A DNA stretch of 64,000 nt from Bdellovibrionota bacterium (GTDB taxonomy: Bacteria > Bdellovibrionota > UBA2428), in the NCBI GenBank assembly GCA_044347615.1, contig JBIKUK010000002.1:128309-192308 (forward strand), in the 5' to 3' direction. How positions within the stretch are numbered: the first letter of the stretch is position 1; the number at the start of each line of letters is the position of its first letter. Below the pieces are notes generated by a model. It saw nothing but the letters and a program-made list of their open reading frames with translations. It did not search any database and had not been told where the DNA came from. The position numbers and the translations under genes were made by a program. Positions 8,852 to 18,641 of this stretch are shown piece by piece.

Positions 8852-9808
8852 ATGAAAGTCAAATTTTATATATTATCAACAATTCTGACACTTATTGTTC
8901 AGCAAGCGGAGGCTATGTCGAAACCAACAAATCCTGGGAGCGGGGGAAATTCATCGAGTTCTTCTTCCTCTAGTAGTTCTAGTTCCTCATCGAGTAGTTC
9001 AAGTTCTTCCAGCAGTAGTTCCTCTTCCTCAAGCAGTTCCTCATCAAGTAACGCGTCTACTGTTGTCGAACAAATCAAAACTATTGCGGGTACTTCACAG
9101 TGTGCAGCCTATTCGTGGAGAGATAGGGGAAGAGCTCCAAAAGGATATATCAAAGGTGTCGCGCTTGCTTTTGCAAGAAGCGTTTGTCGATTGGATGATC
9201 CGCGGACGGATGTTCGTTCACCAGCATCTCTCATGAGTCAGGCACAAAGTGGAGCGACCACTAAAGATGCTCTTGCGTGGTATAAGCCAACGTTTGATCG
9301 ACTTGATCTTGAAACAAGTAGAAGTGGCGTTGAAACACTTCGATCTTTGTTTACACTAGGTATGGGTCTTGGCTTGAGAGAGAGTTCGGGAAATTATTGC
9401 GAGGGATACGATACAACCGCTGCTTCTCAGTCATCAGTAGAAGCAGAGTCAGGAGCTTGGCAAACAAGCTATAATTCAATTTCAGCATCTTCTGAATTAA
9501 AAAAATTATACGATGAGTATCGAAAAGATCCTTCAAAATGTTTCTTAGATGTTTTTAAGGAAGGGGCTGCAAGTTGCAAAAATAAATATATAGGGTCGGG
9601 AGCGGGATTGGAATTTCAAAAGTTCTCTCGAGCTTGCCCAACTTTTGCAGCTGAATACACAATGACTTTGTTACGCGTTCTTCGTAAGCATTATGGTCCT
9701 ATCAATCGTAAAGAAGCAGAGGTTAATTACTCGTGCAATACCATGCTCAATCAAGTTGAGGTTCTCGTTGAAAAAGGTGGGGCTGCAGCCTGCGAGGCTA
9801 TTAACTAG
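8852..9808 (+). CDS. Secreted hypothetical protein with a ~33-residue poly-Ser linker and a Cys-containing C-terminal domain
   Basis: AGGAGG lies upstream of the ATG. It has a signal peptide, then GGNSSSS(S)n...NAST, then an ~250-aa domain with several Cys residues. Confidence 0.6.
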   Translation: MKVKFYILSTILTLIVQQAEAMSKPTNPGSGGNSSSSSSSSSSSSSSSSSSSSSSSSSSSSSSSSSNASTVVEQIKTIAGTSQCAAYSWRDRGRAPKGYIKGVALAFARSVCRLDDPRTDVRSPASLMSQAQSGATTKDALAWYKPTFDRLDLETSRSGVETLRSLFTLGMGLGLRESSGNYCEGYDTTAASQSSVEAESGAWQTSYNSISASSELKKLYDEYRKDPSKCFLDVFKEGAASCKNKYIGSGAGLEFQKFSRACPTFAAEYTMTLLRVLRKHYGPINRKEAEVNYSCNTMLNQVEVLVEKGGAAACEAIN

Positions 9809-9809
9809 C

Positions 9810-10598
9810 TTATATTTTATATAGAAATGTTTTTGCGTTACTTTCATGAAAAATAAGAGGAGTTTTTGAGTAAGCTCCTCTTATTTCAAAAAGAATAAGA
9901 TTATCTTTTTCATCTCTAGAAATTTCGGGAATATTAATTTCTATCCACAATGATTCTTGATTAAGTGGGTCGGGTCCAGCACATTTATACCAGTTTGTTT
10001 GAGTGTTGTTTGAAAGGTTTTTAATATTACAAATGGGAATAAAAGGTGTTTGGTCTTTTGATTTACAACTGACATAAGCGTATATTTTTTTAAACGACGA
10101 GGAGATGGTTTTATTAAGCCAAGAGCCAGATCCATTTTGTTCAGTATTGAAGCCTTTAATTTCGCACCTAGGTGAAAGCGGTTGTACTGTGTTGATACTT
10201 TCACAAGTTTTTTCTTGAGAGTTAAATTTCTGCCCCCACGTGCAAGCTTCTTTTGAAACGGGGACACATTGAGAGATAAGAGCATTGAATTTATGTTTTT
10301 TTGAGCATCGTCCAGTGGGTTGCCAAATCTCTGTGGCGGTTCTTCCCTCCTGAGCGTCACCTGGGTTTGAAGTCCATCCGGTAGGAATTTTGCACCATTT
10401 ATCTAGATCAGATAGAGGAGGAGAGGGGTTGTCGCAACTTCTAACAAAGATCTCTGTGTCTTTGTTCATTCTTGTTCGATAGTTTTCTGAAAGTCCACCC
10501 AAGGCTGCGCCATTTAACTCTTCATTGACCAGTTCATCGGAATAGCCGAATGAAGGGAGAACTAAAAAAAATGCCAACAGGCGAGAACAAAACACCAC
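9810..10598 (-). CDS. Secreted Cys-rich hypothetical protein
   Basis: It has a signal peptide (MVFCSRLLAFFLVLPSFG) and about 14 Cys residues. It is convergent with the previous gene, leaving a 1-nt gap. Confidence 0.5.
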   Translation of the reverse strand: MVFCSRLLAFFLVLPSFGYSDELVNEELNGAALGGLSENYRTRMNKDTEIFVRSCDNPSPPLSDLDKWCKIPTGWTSNPGDAQEGRTATEIWQPTGRCSKKHKFNALISQCVPVSKEACTWGQKFNSQEKTCESINTVQPLSPRCEIKGFNTEQNGSGSWLNKTISSSFKKIYAYVSCKSKDQTPFIPICNIKNLSNNTQTNWYKCAGPDPLNQESLWIEINIPEISRDEKDNLILFEIRGAYSKTPLIFHESNAKTFLYKI

Positions 10599-10672
10599 TT
10601 TATTTATTCGTAAAAATTCTCCCTGTACTTGATAAATATCAAGTTAAATAAAGATTAGTTTTTTGCTAATAA

Positions 10673-11608
10673 TTATTCGTTGTGAAGGTCATAGGCTTGT
10701 AGTTCACGATTGCACCCATTTTTAAATTCATGATCTGTAGCTCGGCTAAGAGGCGCATCTTCGATCATCCGTCTTAGGCCAGGTACGTTGACTCGTATCA
10801 TGTTGTCGATGTCCTCTTGGTCGGGAAAATGCGAATGTCCAAGTTCAAAAAGTAAAGACCAAATGCCGTATTTCCAAAAAGCATAGTCTTCAAAAGTTCC
10901 ATCTGCGGGATAGATAGTTGATCCCGAAAAACCTGTTTCATAATGACTTAAAAAAGTTGCAGATAAAGAAAGTTTTTCAAAAATATCGTCATAGGGTGTA
11001 GAGAAGTTTGAGGTTGAGTTTCCCCAGGGATAGGCAACGACAGGCCAGTAAGTATGAAGAGTTGCGCTAGAAATAATATCGGTATTTGCTAAAAATCTGT
11101 CTAAACTTTTAGTGGACTGAAGAGTAAGAGGGCCTTCTGTTCCACAAGGGCCGGGATAGTTGCGATTTGGATCAAAAGATCCACTTGATCCTGTTTCATT
11201 TCGGCTTTTGCGATTGTATCCGGCGATATTGAGAACGGGGATTACGTACACAACTTTGTTTTGAATAGGGTTTTCCGCGAGGTCTTTTGCAAAGGCAAGT
11301 GCGACTTCAGTTGAACCATATTCGTTTCCGTGATGAGTTGCGACAACTAAGTTTTCACTTTCTCCAAAGCCAATTTTTAGGCCCTTAATTTTTTTTCCTG
11401 AATCAGAGGGGCCAATATCTAAAAGGGTGACGTTTTCTTTGTGACTAAGAGCTAGGTTTTGTAGAAAAAGTTCAACTTCGCTGTAGTTTTTTCGACTTGC
11501 ATCAGATTCTGGATAAAATATCTGAGCTTGTGTTTTTGGGCTGAGTAATAAGCTCCAAAAAAATTGTGTCAGAGTGAACAAGGAGTTTTTAAATTTTGGA
11601 TAAATCAC
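10673..11608 (-). CDS. Secreted M14-family zinc carboxypeptidase
   Basis: HHGNEYGSTE supplies the HxxE zinc ligands. DPNRNY is the substrate-binding NRN motif. TLHTYWP supplies the third zinc ligand His. LLFELG supplies the catalytic Glu. A signal peptide is present. Confidence 0.8.
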   Translation of the reverse strand: MIYPKFKNSLFTLTQFFWSLLLSPKTQAQIFYPESDASRKNYSEVELFLQNLALSHKENVTLLDIGPSDSGKKIKGLKIGFGESENLVVATHHGNEYGSTEVALAFAKDLAENPIQNKVVYVIPVLNIAGYNRKSRNETGSSGSFDPNRNYPGPCGTEGPLTLQSTKSLDRFLANTDIISSATLHTYWPVVAYPWGNSTSNFSTPYDDIFEKLSLSATFLSHYETGFSGSTIYPADGTFEDYAFWKYGIWSLLFELGHSHFPDQEDIDNMIRVNVPGLRRMIEDAPLSRATDHEFKNGCNRELQAYDLHNE

Positions 11609-11713
11609 TAACTTAGATTAAGAGGTGTCTTCATTTTGACAAGTAACAGATCGTCAAGAGCCTGACGTCTGAAGCTTTTTAGATATGCGAAAATAAATAT
11701 TGGGGAAGATATT

Positions 11714-12676
11714 TTGTCTTTAAATAAAACATTTATTATTTATTTTTTATTTATTTTTATGGGAGAAGCTAAGAAGCTCTCCGTAAGTAAAGAGAGTGAT
11801 TTTGCACACTGTTCACAAGCTAACAAGCAATTAAAACAAATGAATGGCTTTTTTCCCACAGAACTTCGTGTGCAAGCAGCACAGATGTTGATGCAGGACT
11901 TAGATCTTCTGAGGCCACAACTTGTAAACAATTCAACAGGATTGCCAGCTAAGCTTTTAAAGCTTTGTTATGATGTGAAACGCAAGGCGTTCGAGTCAGT
12001 CTTTACAAAAGGCTCTGAAGATCTTTATGGCCACTTTGATTTTTTAATGACTTCTGGAAGATTCTTTTTTTACGAACAAGCGTGGCATGCTTCTTATAAT
12101 GTTTTCGAATCAGCTGCTAAAATTCAGCCTACATTAATTGATCCAAATCATTACGCTTTACAAGCTTGGATTATGTATCAGTTGACCACTGAAAAACCGG
12201 TGAGTGCTGAAGCGTATATGCAAACAAGTCGTAAGTATATTTCTGCAATGTTGAAATCAAAAGAGGTGACAGACGCCAATAAGAAATTTATTAGCCACTA
12301 TTTGGGAATTATTGAAGAAAACGCTAATAAAATTTATACAGCACGAAAAATGAAAGAAAATGCGGTTGCTCTTGATCCCCAAAACTTAAAGCTTCGTCTA
12401 GCTTGGGGTGAGTTTGAAGAGCGAAGTGGTCAACTTGAAGAAGCTTCTAAAATTTATACTGATGCGATTGCTTTAAAGTCAGACGATAAAGCGACCCTAA
12501 AGGACGTTTATTTTCGCTTGCTTGCATTGATGAAGCGCACAGATCAGAAAGAAGCTCTTTCAAAACATTTAAATAAAGCAATAGCTTTGTTCCCTAAGGA
12601 AAAATCATTTCAAACATTTAAAGAGAAAAAGACTGCTCCAGACGCGACTAAAAGAATGCCCGCGAGTACTCCATAA
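11714..12676 (+). CDS. Secreted TPR-repeat protein
   Basis: A hydrophobic N-terminus is followed by helical repeats in the C-terminal half with TPR-like periodicity (...ASKIYTDAIALKSDDKATLKDVYFRLLALM...). Confidence 0.5.
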   Translation: MSLNKTFIIYFLFIFMGEAKKLSVSKESDFAHCSQANKQLKQMNGFFPTELRVQAAQMLMQDLDLLRPQLVNNSTGLPAKLLKLCYDVKRKAFESVFTKGSEDLYGHFDFLMTSGRFFFYEQAWHASYNVFESAAKIQPTLIDPNHYALQAWIMYQLTTEKPVSAEAYMQTSRKYISAMLKSKEVTDANKKFISHYLGIIEENANKIYTARKMKENAVALDPQNLKLRLAWGEFEERSGQLEEASKIYTDAIALKSDDKATLKDVYFRLLALMKRTDQKEALSKHLNKAIALFPKEKSFQTFKEKKTAPDATKRMPASTP

Positions 12677-12747
12677 AGTTTAGGTTAAGAAAAGATTAAA
12701 TTTTGATAAAGAAATTTTTTAATAATTTTCTAACGTAAAATAGTAAT

Positions 12748-14001
12748 ATGCGAAGTTCGTACGTGCGCGCAATTGTAGGAGTATATTTTAATATTTGTAC
12801 TCTTTCATTTGCTTCTATTGAGCTTCGAGTTTCCGGTGCTTTAAACATCACTCTTGAAAATGATTATCAAGTCAGTAAGGCTTATTATCAGGCTCCGGAC
12901 ACATTAACGGCGCGCGAAGGAATTTTCTATGATCTCCAAAGTAGTGAGTTCAAGTTAGAGTTTGATGAGAATAAAGCCTTGAGCACTGGAGTTAGTAAAG
13001 CAGAAACGATTAAGGATTCAAAAAATTCTGATTCAAGCAATGAAAGTCCCGGTGGTTTGGTTAAGCAAAATTTAGTTGGCGTTGTGAGATTAGCGTCTTC
13101 AAACTCTCCTAGCGGAAAGCCTAATCTAAACTTTTTAAACCAACCTTCTAAGGTTCCCCTTTCTGCATCTTCATTTCTTAGTGAACCTACTTTTTCTTTA
13201 GGTGGTTTTAGTGGAGCTAATGATCTTGTTGCAGGAAGGTACGCCTCGATTACTCGGCAGGGAATTGACTCTATTCAAAACACAAATCAGGGAGTGTCCT
13301 CTCCAGATTCCAATAAGGGTGGGGAAAGCCCGAAGGTTCCTTTAGCTAATTCTTTCTCTTCAGTTAATATTCAGCCTTCATCAAACTCAACTGGAAATGA
13401 GGTTACTGAGGCTTCACCTGATCTCCCAGGCTTTTCAGATGCTTTTTCTGGGTATGGGCCTATTTCTGGCCTTGATGGAGTCAATTCAGGAGGAAATATA
13501 ACTGGAGGAAATGCTCAGGCAAGCGTTGCCTCTTTGAAGCCCCATCAAGATAATAAGAATAATTCTGGAGATTCAATAAAAGATATTCCTAGTAAGGACC
13601 CAAAACCTAAACCAGTAAACTGCCAAGCTGCTAAAGAATCATTTTATTCAAATTTTAGTAACACAAGTTCTTACACAGAAGAAAAAACTGTAACAGATAA
13701 AGATGGAAAAATAAGAAAGCAGTATTGCATCAAGCCTCAAAAAAATGATTTGTATGATGTTTATGGCGCTCTTGGTAATTTAGAAGAATCTTGTCCACAA
13801 GAGATAGGAGCGTTGTTTTACGGGTCTGATGCAGAATCGGCCTGTGTTTGGGTTGACGATCCTCCATCTGCTTCAGGTTACAAAGGGAATAATTTAGGCG
13901 ATTTATTTTCTAAAGAATCAGTTGAGGGTGCTTCTGGCAAAGCAGAAGTTGGCCCTACAATTCACGATCAAAGAAACATGACTAGTGGGGTTGGTAAATG
14001 A
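12748..14001 (+). CDS. Hypothetical secreted or anchored protein with a long Ser/Gly/Pro/Asn-rich disordered region and a Cys-containing C-terminal module
   Basis: This 417-aa ORF has a hydrophobic N-terminus. Its ATGA overlaps the next gene. Confidence 0.5.
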   Translation: MRSSYVRAIVGVYFNICTLSFASIELRVSGALNITLENDYQVSKAYYQAPDTLTAREGIFYDLQSSEFKLEFDENKALSTGVSKAETIKDSKNSDSSNESPGGLVKQNLVGVVRLASSNSPSGKPNLNFLNQPSKVPLSASSFLSEPTFSLGGFSGANDLVAGRYASITRQGIDSIQNTNQGVSSPDSNKGGESPKVPLANSFSSVNIQPSSNSTGNEVTEASPDLPGFSDAFSGYGPISGLDGVNSGGNITGGNAQASVASLKPHQDNKNNSGDSIKDIPSKDPKPKPVNCQAAKESFYSNFSNTSSYTEEKTVTDKDGKIRKQYCIKPQKNDLYDVYGALGNLEESCPQEIGALFYGSDAESACVWVDDPPSASGYKGNNLGDLFSKESVEGASGKAEVGPTIHDQRNMTSGVGK

Positions 14002-16289
14002 GACTTTTAACCTTTGTGATTTTTTTAATTTTTTATCCCTCATGGTCTTTGTCTTTGGATTTAACTAAAGATGTGAAAAAAACTCTTGAGAGATTTTTAA
14101 CATCAGAAAAAGCTCTTGAATTAAATTTTGGCCAAAGTGGCCCTGCTATCAATTTTTTAAGTTTAGATAAAAAAGAAAATTTCGTTTTTAATCACAATTT
14201 CAATCATCATTTAAAAGAGGGCAGTAAATTTTCAATAGAAGGGGTTCCTGTTCGGGAATCTAACGGTCTTTTGATGAAACCAAGCGAATCTTTGTATCCA
14301 ATGAATATTGATTCTAAAGAAGGAGTGGCTTCAGTTCCAGCAAGTGTTTTTTTAAGCTCACCTGATTCAGTGAGTGCGTCTCAGCTTTTTTCTTCAACAG
14401 GAAATTCTTCCACTAAAGGGTTAAGTAATAGTAGTTTGAAAGCCGGTCAGTACGCTCAACTCACACGAGATGCTTTGGATAAGGTTACTCCAGAAAAATT
14501 TCCTGAAAAAAATCCTCCAGATGGGAATTCTAATTTAGTTATCAAAGATAAACCTACTGTTGGTAGTGGATCATTAATTGCCTCTCGAGGTAGCTCTTCT
14601 TTGGGTGAGGCTTTCTATAAAGATATCGGAGAATCTTTTCCTGGAATTTTACCTCCTAATTCTAATTACAAAGATTCATCACAGGCAGTCATTGAATCTG
14701 GTAATCTGGTTGTGCCAGCGGAAAGCCATTCTTCTGAAACGCCAAGTCCTTCAATAGAGCCAAAGAGTCCGTCTTCTAATCCACCTCCTAATCCTTCTTC
14801 TCATTCCGAAAGCCAAACAGGTGAGACGGTGACAACACCTAATCAGAATCCTGAAACAAAATCTAAAGTTGAGCCTAAAGTTGAGCCTACTAATCCAACA
14901 CAACAAGTTTTTTCGTATCATGCCCCAGTAACTAGCCCAACAAAGTCAGCACTTCTCTCTAATGCTGATATTGGTACAATTGCTTCACCACCTAAGCCAG
15001 AAAGTGTTGCGGCTCCTAGTTTGCTTGAGCCTATCAAAACCAAAGACACAACAGGATTGCTAGGCGCAGGCTCGAGCTTGAATTTATTTGGTATGTCTGA
15101 TTCAAGCCAAGCTGATTCGTTTTTGGGAAGCGGGATGCTTAGTGGGGGCGGGCTTGGCCATGAAACAAGCTCAATGATGAAGGATTTTAGAGATGATTCC
15201 TGTGAACGTGCAGCAAGAATGTTAAAAGATGATTCAAATATTCAACGAGTATTATCTAAGATAGATTCTGTCGATGTTTTTTGCTTTGATGCAAAAAAGA
15301 ATTCTGGAATTACTAAAGATTCAATAATAACAAGATTGGATTATATTAAAGATGCGTGTCGTGTGTTTGTTGCTGTCTCCTATTCAAGACCTTCTAACTC
15401 TATATATCCCAATGTCGTGTGTATGAACTTTAAGCTTTCAGCAAAGACACCTGAAAATCAAAGAAATTACGACTTATTGAAGTTAACTTTAAAAAGTATT
15501 CCTGTTGTGGGTGAAGAAAATAAATCAATTGTTGGTACAATTCCTTCTCCACAACCACTACCTGGGCCCATAAAAACTACGCCTCCAACCTCTGGAGATC
15601 ATAATGGCGTAAAACCTAAATCAACCTCATCATTACCTTCTTCTCCGTCTGGGCTCATCGCAAGTGCAGGTGATCCTCCAATTGGGAGTAGTTTTGAAAA
15701 CAAACCTTTAACACTAGGCTCTTCACTCACACAACATACGGGTGCTTTGCAGTTGGGAATAGGCTCTGCTGATAATGGCACAAGTCTTAATTTTCCTTCT
15801 AGAACTGTGAGTGGTGGAGCTAGTCGTTTTGGTGAGCCTGAACCTTTGAAAGATAAAATAGAAAATTTAGGAAAACAACTTGATGGAATTGTTAAGACAA
15901 AAGTCGATTATTATACGCCTCAGGCAAAAAAGATAAGATGTGAAAAGAAGGCTCTTGAATTTCAGTTGTATTTAAAACCTAACTTAGGTTTTCCGATGGT
16001 TGAGAATAATCAAGATTTTAAACTATTTTGTTACAGAACTTCTGTGGATAAAGTAACTGAAAATAGGATAGCGGATATTCAGTCTGGGTGTGAGCAGTTG
16101 ATAGCTCATGGTACGCTTGATGCCAAGGGAGGTAAGTTTTGTATATATTTAAATAAGCTACATAACCTTAAATCAGAAAATTTTCAAAATGAGAATGATA
16201 AAAATGAGCAGCTTCAAAGGTTAGAATCAGTTCTTGATTTTGATTCTCAAAGCGCTCCAGAAAACAGTGGGCGCCATACGTCTAGTTAA
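13998..16289 (+). CDS. Hypothetical secreted protein with ~450 aa of Ser/Pro-rich low complexity and Cys-containing C-terminal modules
   Basis: This 763-aa ORF has a signal peptide (MRLLTFVIFLIFYPSWSLS). It contains PSxS/PKS/PNPS-type low complexity. It is translationally coupled to the upstream gene. Confidence 0.55.
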   Translation: MRLLTFVIFLIFYPSWSLSLDLTKDVKKTLERFLTSEKALELNFGQSGPAINFLSLDKKENFVFNHNFNHHLKEGSKFSIEGVPVRESNGLLMKPSESLYPMNIDSKEGVASVPASVFLSSPDSVSASQLFSSTGNSSTKGLSNSSLKAGQYAQLTRDALDKVTPEKFPEKNPPDGNSNLVIKDKPTVGSGSLIASRGSSSLGEAFYKDIGESFPGILPPNSNYKDSSQAVIESGNLVVPAESHSSETPSPSIEPKSPSSNPPPNPSSHSESQTGETVTTPNQNPETKSKVEPKVEPTNPTQQVFSYHAPVTSPTKSALLSNADIGTIASPPKPESVAAPSLLEPIKTKDTTGLLGAGSSLNLFGMSDSSQADSFLGSGMLSGGGLGHETSSMMKDFRDDSCERAARMLKDDSNIQRVLSKIDSVDVFCFDAKKNSGITKDSIITRLDYIKDACRVFVAVSYSRPSNSIYPNVVCMNFKLSAKTPENQRNYDLLKLTLKSIPVVGEENKSIVGTIPSPQPLPGPIKTTPPTSGDHNGVKPKSTSSLPSSPSGLIASAGDPPIGSSFENKPLTLGSSLTQHTGALQLGIGSADNGTSLNFPSRTVSGGASRFGEPEPLKDKIENLGKQLDGIVKTKVDYYTPQAKKIRCEKKALEFQLYLKPNLGFPMVENNQDFKLFCYRTSVDKVTENRIADIQSGCEQLIAHGTLDAKGGKFCIYLNKLHNLKSENFQNENDKNEQLQRLESVLDFDSQSAPENSGRHTSS

Positions 16290-16598
16290 TACCAGAGATT
16301 GCCAATTATTTAATTTTATCATTGAAGGATAATCTTTGTGTTATTCCGCAATGTGTTGTGCAGCGTGTTTGCGAGGAAGGATTTGCTGACAATAAAAAAA
16401 GAGTCACTGAATTGGCTTTTTAGCATCAAACAAATCATAGAGAAAACGGTGGGAATTTGACTTTTTTTTTGCAGAAAAATCCAGGTATAAAAGAGGCTGT
16501 CACTTGATTGTTGCACTCTGAGTCGCAGTAAAGACCTTTTAAGTTTTCCATTAACAAATCTTTCACGGGCAAGTTTCTGCTGTTGCTGCCGATATATT

Positions 16599-18641
16599 TT
16601 GTTAGCAATGCCTAGAGGGTTCATGAGGAAATTTTTAGGGGTATTTTTAATTTTATCTTTCAATTCTTTTGCGGCGACACGTGTTTCTCCATTAGACGAA
16701 GCCAAAAATTCTTATCTCGATTTTTCAACTGAGGTTTGGAATTTTCGTATTGATCCAGAGCAGATGGGTGAGCAAGAAGGGTGGGCCAAGCCTGATTTTG
16801 ATGATCAAGGATGGAATAAAATTTACGCTGGTGAAGCGTGGGAGTCTCAAGATTTTTCTTATTACAATGGACATGCTTGGTATCGAAAAAGAGTTTGGAT
16901 ACCTGAAGAGTGGCGAGGGTCTGTTGTTCGCTTTGAAGTAGACGGAGTAGGCGATGAGTATGATCTTTTTATTAATGGAAAAAATCTAGGACATAAAGGG
17001 GGCGGGGATTTTGGTTCATTCTATGCCTGGCCATCTAAAATAGAGATTCAAGGAGCGCTTCAATACGGGGCTTTCAATACGGTTGCTGTGCGAGTCATTG
17101 ATCTTGGCTGGTCTGAGGGTGGCGGGCTTTGGAGGCGAGTCGCAATCCGTCGCGTGATTGATCTTAAGAAATTTGCACATCTTATTCCTCGGCCAGTAAT
17201 TGATGGGTATGCGGAGTGGCTTGTTCTTTATGACAAAACTTGGAAATTGTTATGGGAAAATTTATCCTACGGAAATTCCTACAATAAATATGGGAAGGTT
17301 TTTTTAGAAGAAGCTTTTAACGAGCAAATTTACCAGTGGGATAGTTCTTTCATGACGATTTTTGCAAAATATGCACGTCAGCTTTTTCCTGCAATTGAAA
17401 CTCTCGATAATTTTTATATCAAGCAAAAGACCAATGGGTATATTCAACGTTCATACTCTGTGACGAGTGGCGATGAGGCGGAATTGTCGACCGCAAAAGA
17501 ACCAGCAGTGAATCCTCCTCTTTTTGCATGGGCAGAGCTTGAATATGCTAAATACAGTGGAGATACGAGTCGATTGCCGACGGTTCTTCCTAAGCTTGAA
17601 AAATATTATCTTTGGATTAAGGAGCACATGCGAACTCCTTTGGGACAAGGTCTTTATTATCAAACACAACTTGGAAGTGGAATGGATAATACTCCTCGAG
17701 GTGATGCTAATGGAGCAGGTTGGGTTGATATGTCCATGCAGCAAGCATTAGCCGCAAAAAATCTAAGCGAAATAGCACATATTTTAAATCTCAGAGATCA
17801 AGAAGAGAGTTGGAACAATGAGTACGAAGATTTAAAAAATCTCATTAATCAAAAACTTTGGAGTGAAAAAGATAACTTCTACTATGATCTTCAAAAAAAC
17901 GGAGAGCATGCAGGTGTTCGCCATATCGGATCTTACTGGGCATTGATTGCAGGTATTCCCGATTTTCAACAGGCGCTGCCTTTTATTGGTTATTTGAAAA
18001 ACGAAAAAGAATTTTATAGAAAAAACTTGTTTCCTACTCTGGCAGCTTCAAGTCCTTTTTATCACACGTCTGGGGCTTATTGGCGTGGAAGTGTTTGGGC
18101 TCCAACAAACTACATGACCATCAAGGGTTTAGAGAAATATAAAGAGCCTGAGCTCGCCTATGAAGCAAGTGTGAACTACTTGAATTTGATGACGCGGGTA
18201 TTTCATTCCAATATTGATCCTAAGAGGATTACGGCACTTGATCGAATTGATGGATTTTTACATACGATATGGGAGTGCTATGCGCCCGAGAGCGACGAGC
18301 CTTGTTCTCCGGGAGCTGATAAGAATTATGCAAGAGCAAATTTTGTGGGATGGTCGGGTCTAGGTCCTGTTGCACTTTTAATTGAAAACATTATTGGTCT
18401 AAAGTTGAAGGGGCTTTCAAATGAAATTGAGTGGAATTTGCGAGAGCCAACTCGCATCGGTATGGAAAATCTTTATTTTGGAAAAAACCTCGCAAGAGTT
18501 TCTCTTGTTGCTGATGCAGAAAAAAACGCGCCGCGAATGATTCATATTCGATCTGAAACTGCTTTTAAACTAAAAATAAATTATAAAGGAAAAACTTTGG
18601 TGAAAGACATTTCACCTGGCAATACGGATATTGCATTATGA
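16599..18641 (+). CDS. Secreted glycoside hydrolase. The N-terminus is a GH2-type sugar-binding jelly-roll domain. The C-terminus is an (alpha/alpha)6-barrel GH63/GH37-like catalytic region.
   Basis: It has a signal peptide (MRKFLGVFLILSFNSFAA). The N-terminus ...GHAWYRKRVWIPEEWRGSVVRFEVDGVGDEYDLFINGKNLGHKGGGDFGSF... fits the GH2 N-terminal domain pattern. Downstream, ...GSGMDNTPRGDANG... is typical of (a/a)6 glycosidases. The family assignment is tentative. Confidence 0.6.
   Translation: MLAMPRGFMRKFLGVFLILSFNSFAATRVSPLDEAKNSYLDFSTEVWNFRIDPEQMGEQEGWAKPDFDDQGWNKIYAGEAWESQDFSYYNGHAWYRKRVWIPEEWRGSVVRFEVDGVGDEYDLFINGKNLGHKGGGDFGSFYAWPSKIEIQGALQYGAFNTVAVRVIDLGWSEGGGLWRRVAIRRVIDLKKFAHLIPRPVIDGYAEWLVLYDKTWKLLWENLSYGNSYNKYGKVFLEEAFNEQIYQWDSSFMTIFAKYARQLFPAIETLDNFYIKQKTNGYIQRSYSVTSGDEAELSTAKEPAVNPPLFAWAELEYAKYSGDTSRLPTVLPKLEKYYLWIKEHMRTPLGQGLYYQTQLGSGMDNTPRGDANGAGWVDMSMQQALAAKNLSEIAHILNLRDQEESWNNEYEDLKNLINQKLWSEKDNFYYDLQKNGEHAGVRHIGSYWALIAGIPDFQQALPFIGYLKNEKEFYRKNLFPTLAASSPFYHTSGAYWRGSVWAPTNYMTIKGLEKYKEPELAYEASVNYLNLMTRVFHSNIDPKRITALDRIDGFLHTIWECYAPESDEPCSPGADKNYARANFVGWSGLGPVALLIENIIGLKLKGLSNEIEWNLREPTRIGMENLYFGKNLARVSLVADAEKNAPRMIHIRSETAFKLKINYKGKTLVKDISPGNTDIAL

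Noticed and set aside
8895-9236. 113-aa plus-strand ORF overlapping the poly-Ser gene
   Set aside because: It is a different-frame reading of the Ser-codon tract and is wholly contained within the better-supported 8852..9808 CDS.
16319-16705. 128-aa minus-strand ORF upstream of and overlapping the glycosidase start
   Set aside because: It overlaps the signal-peptide region of the 16599 gene, has no motifs, and its composition is typical of an AT-rich intergenic reading.
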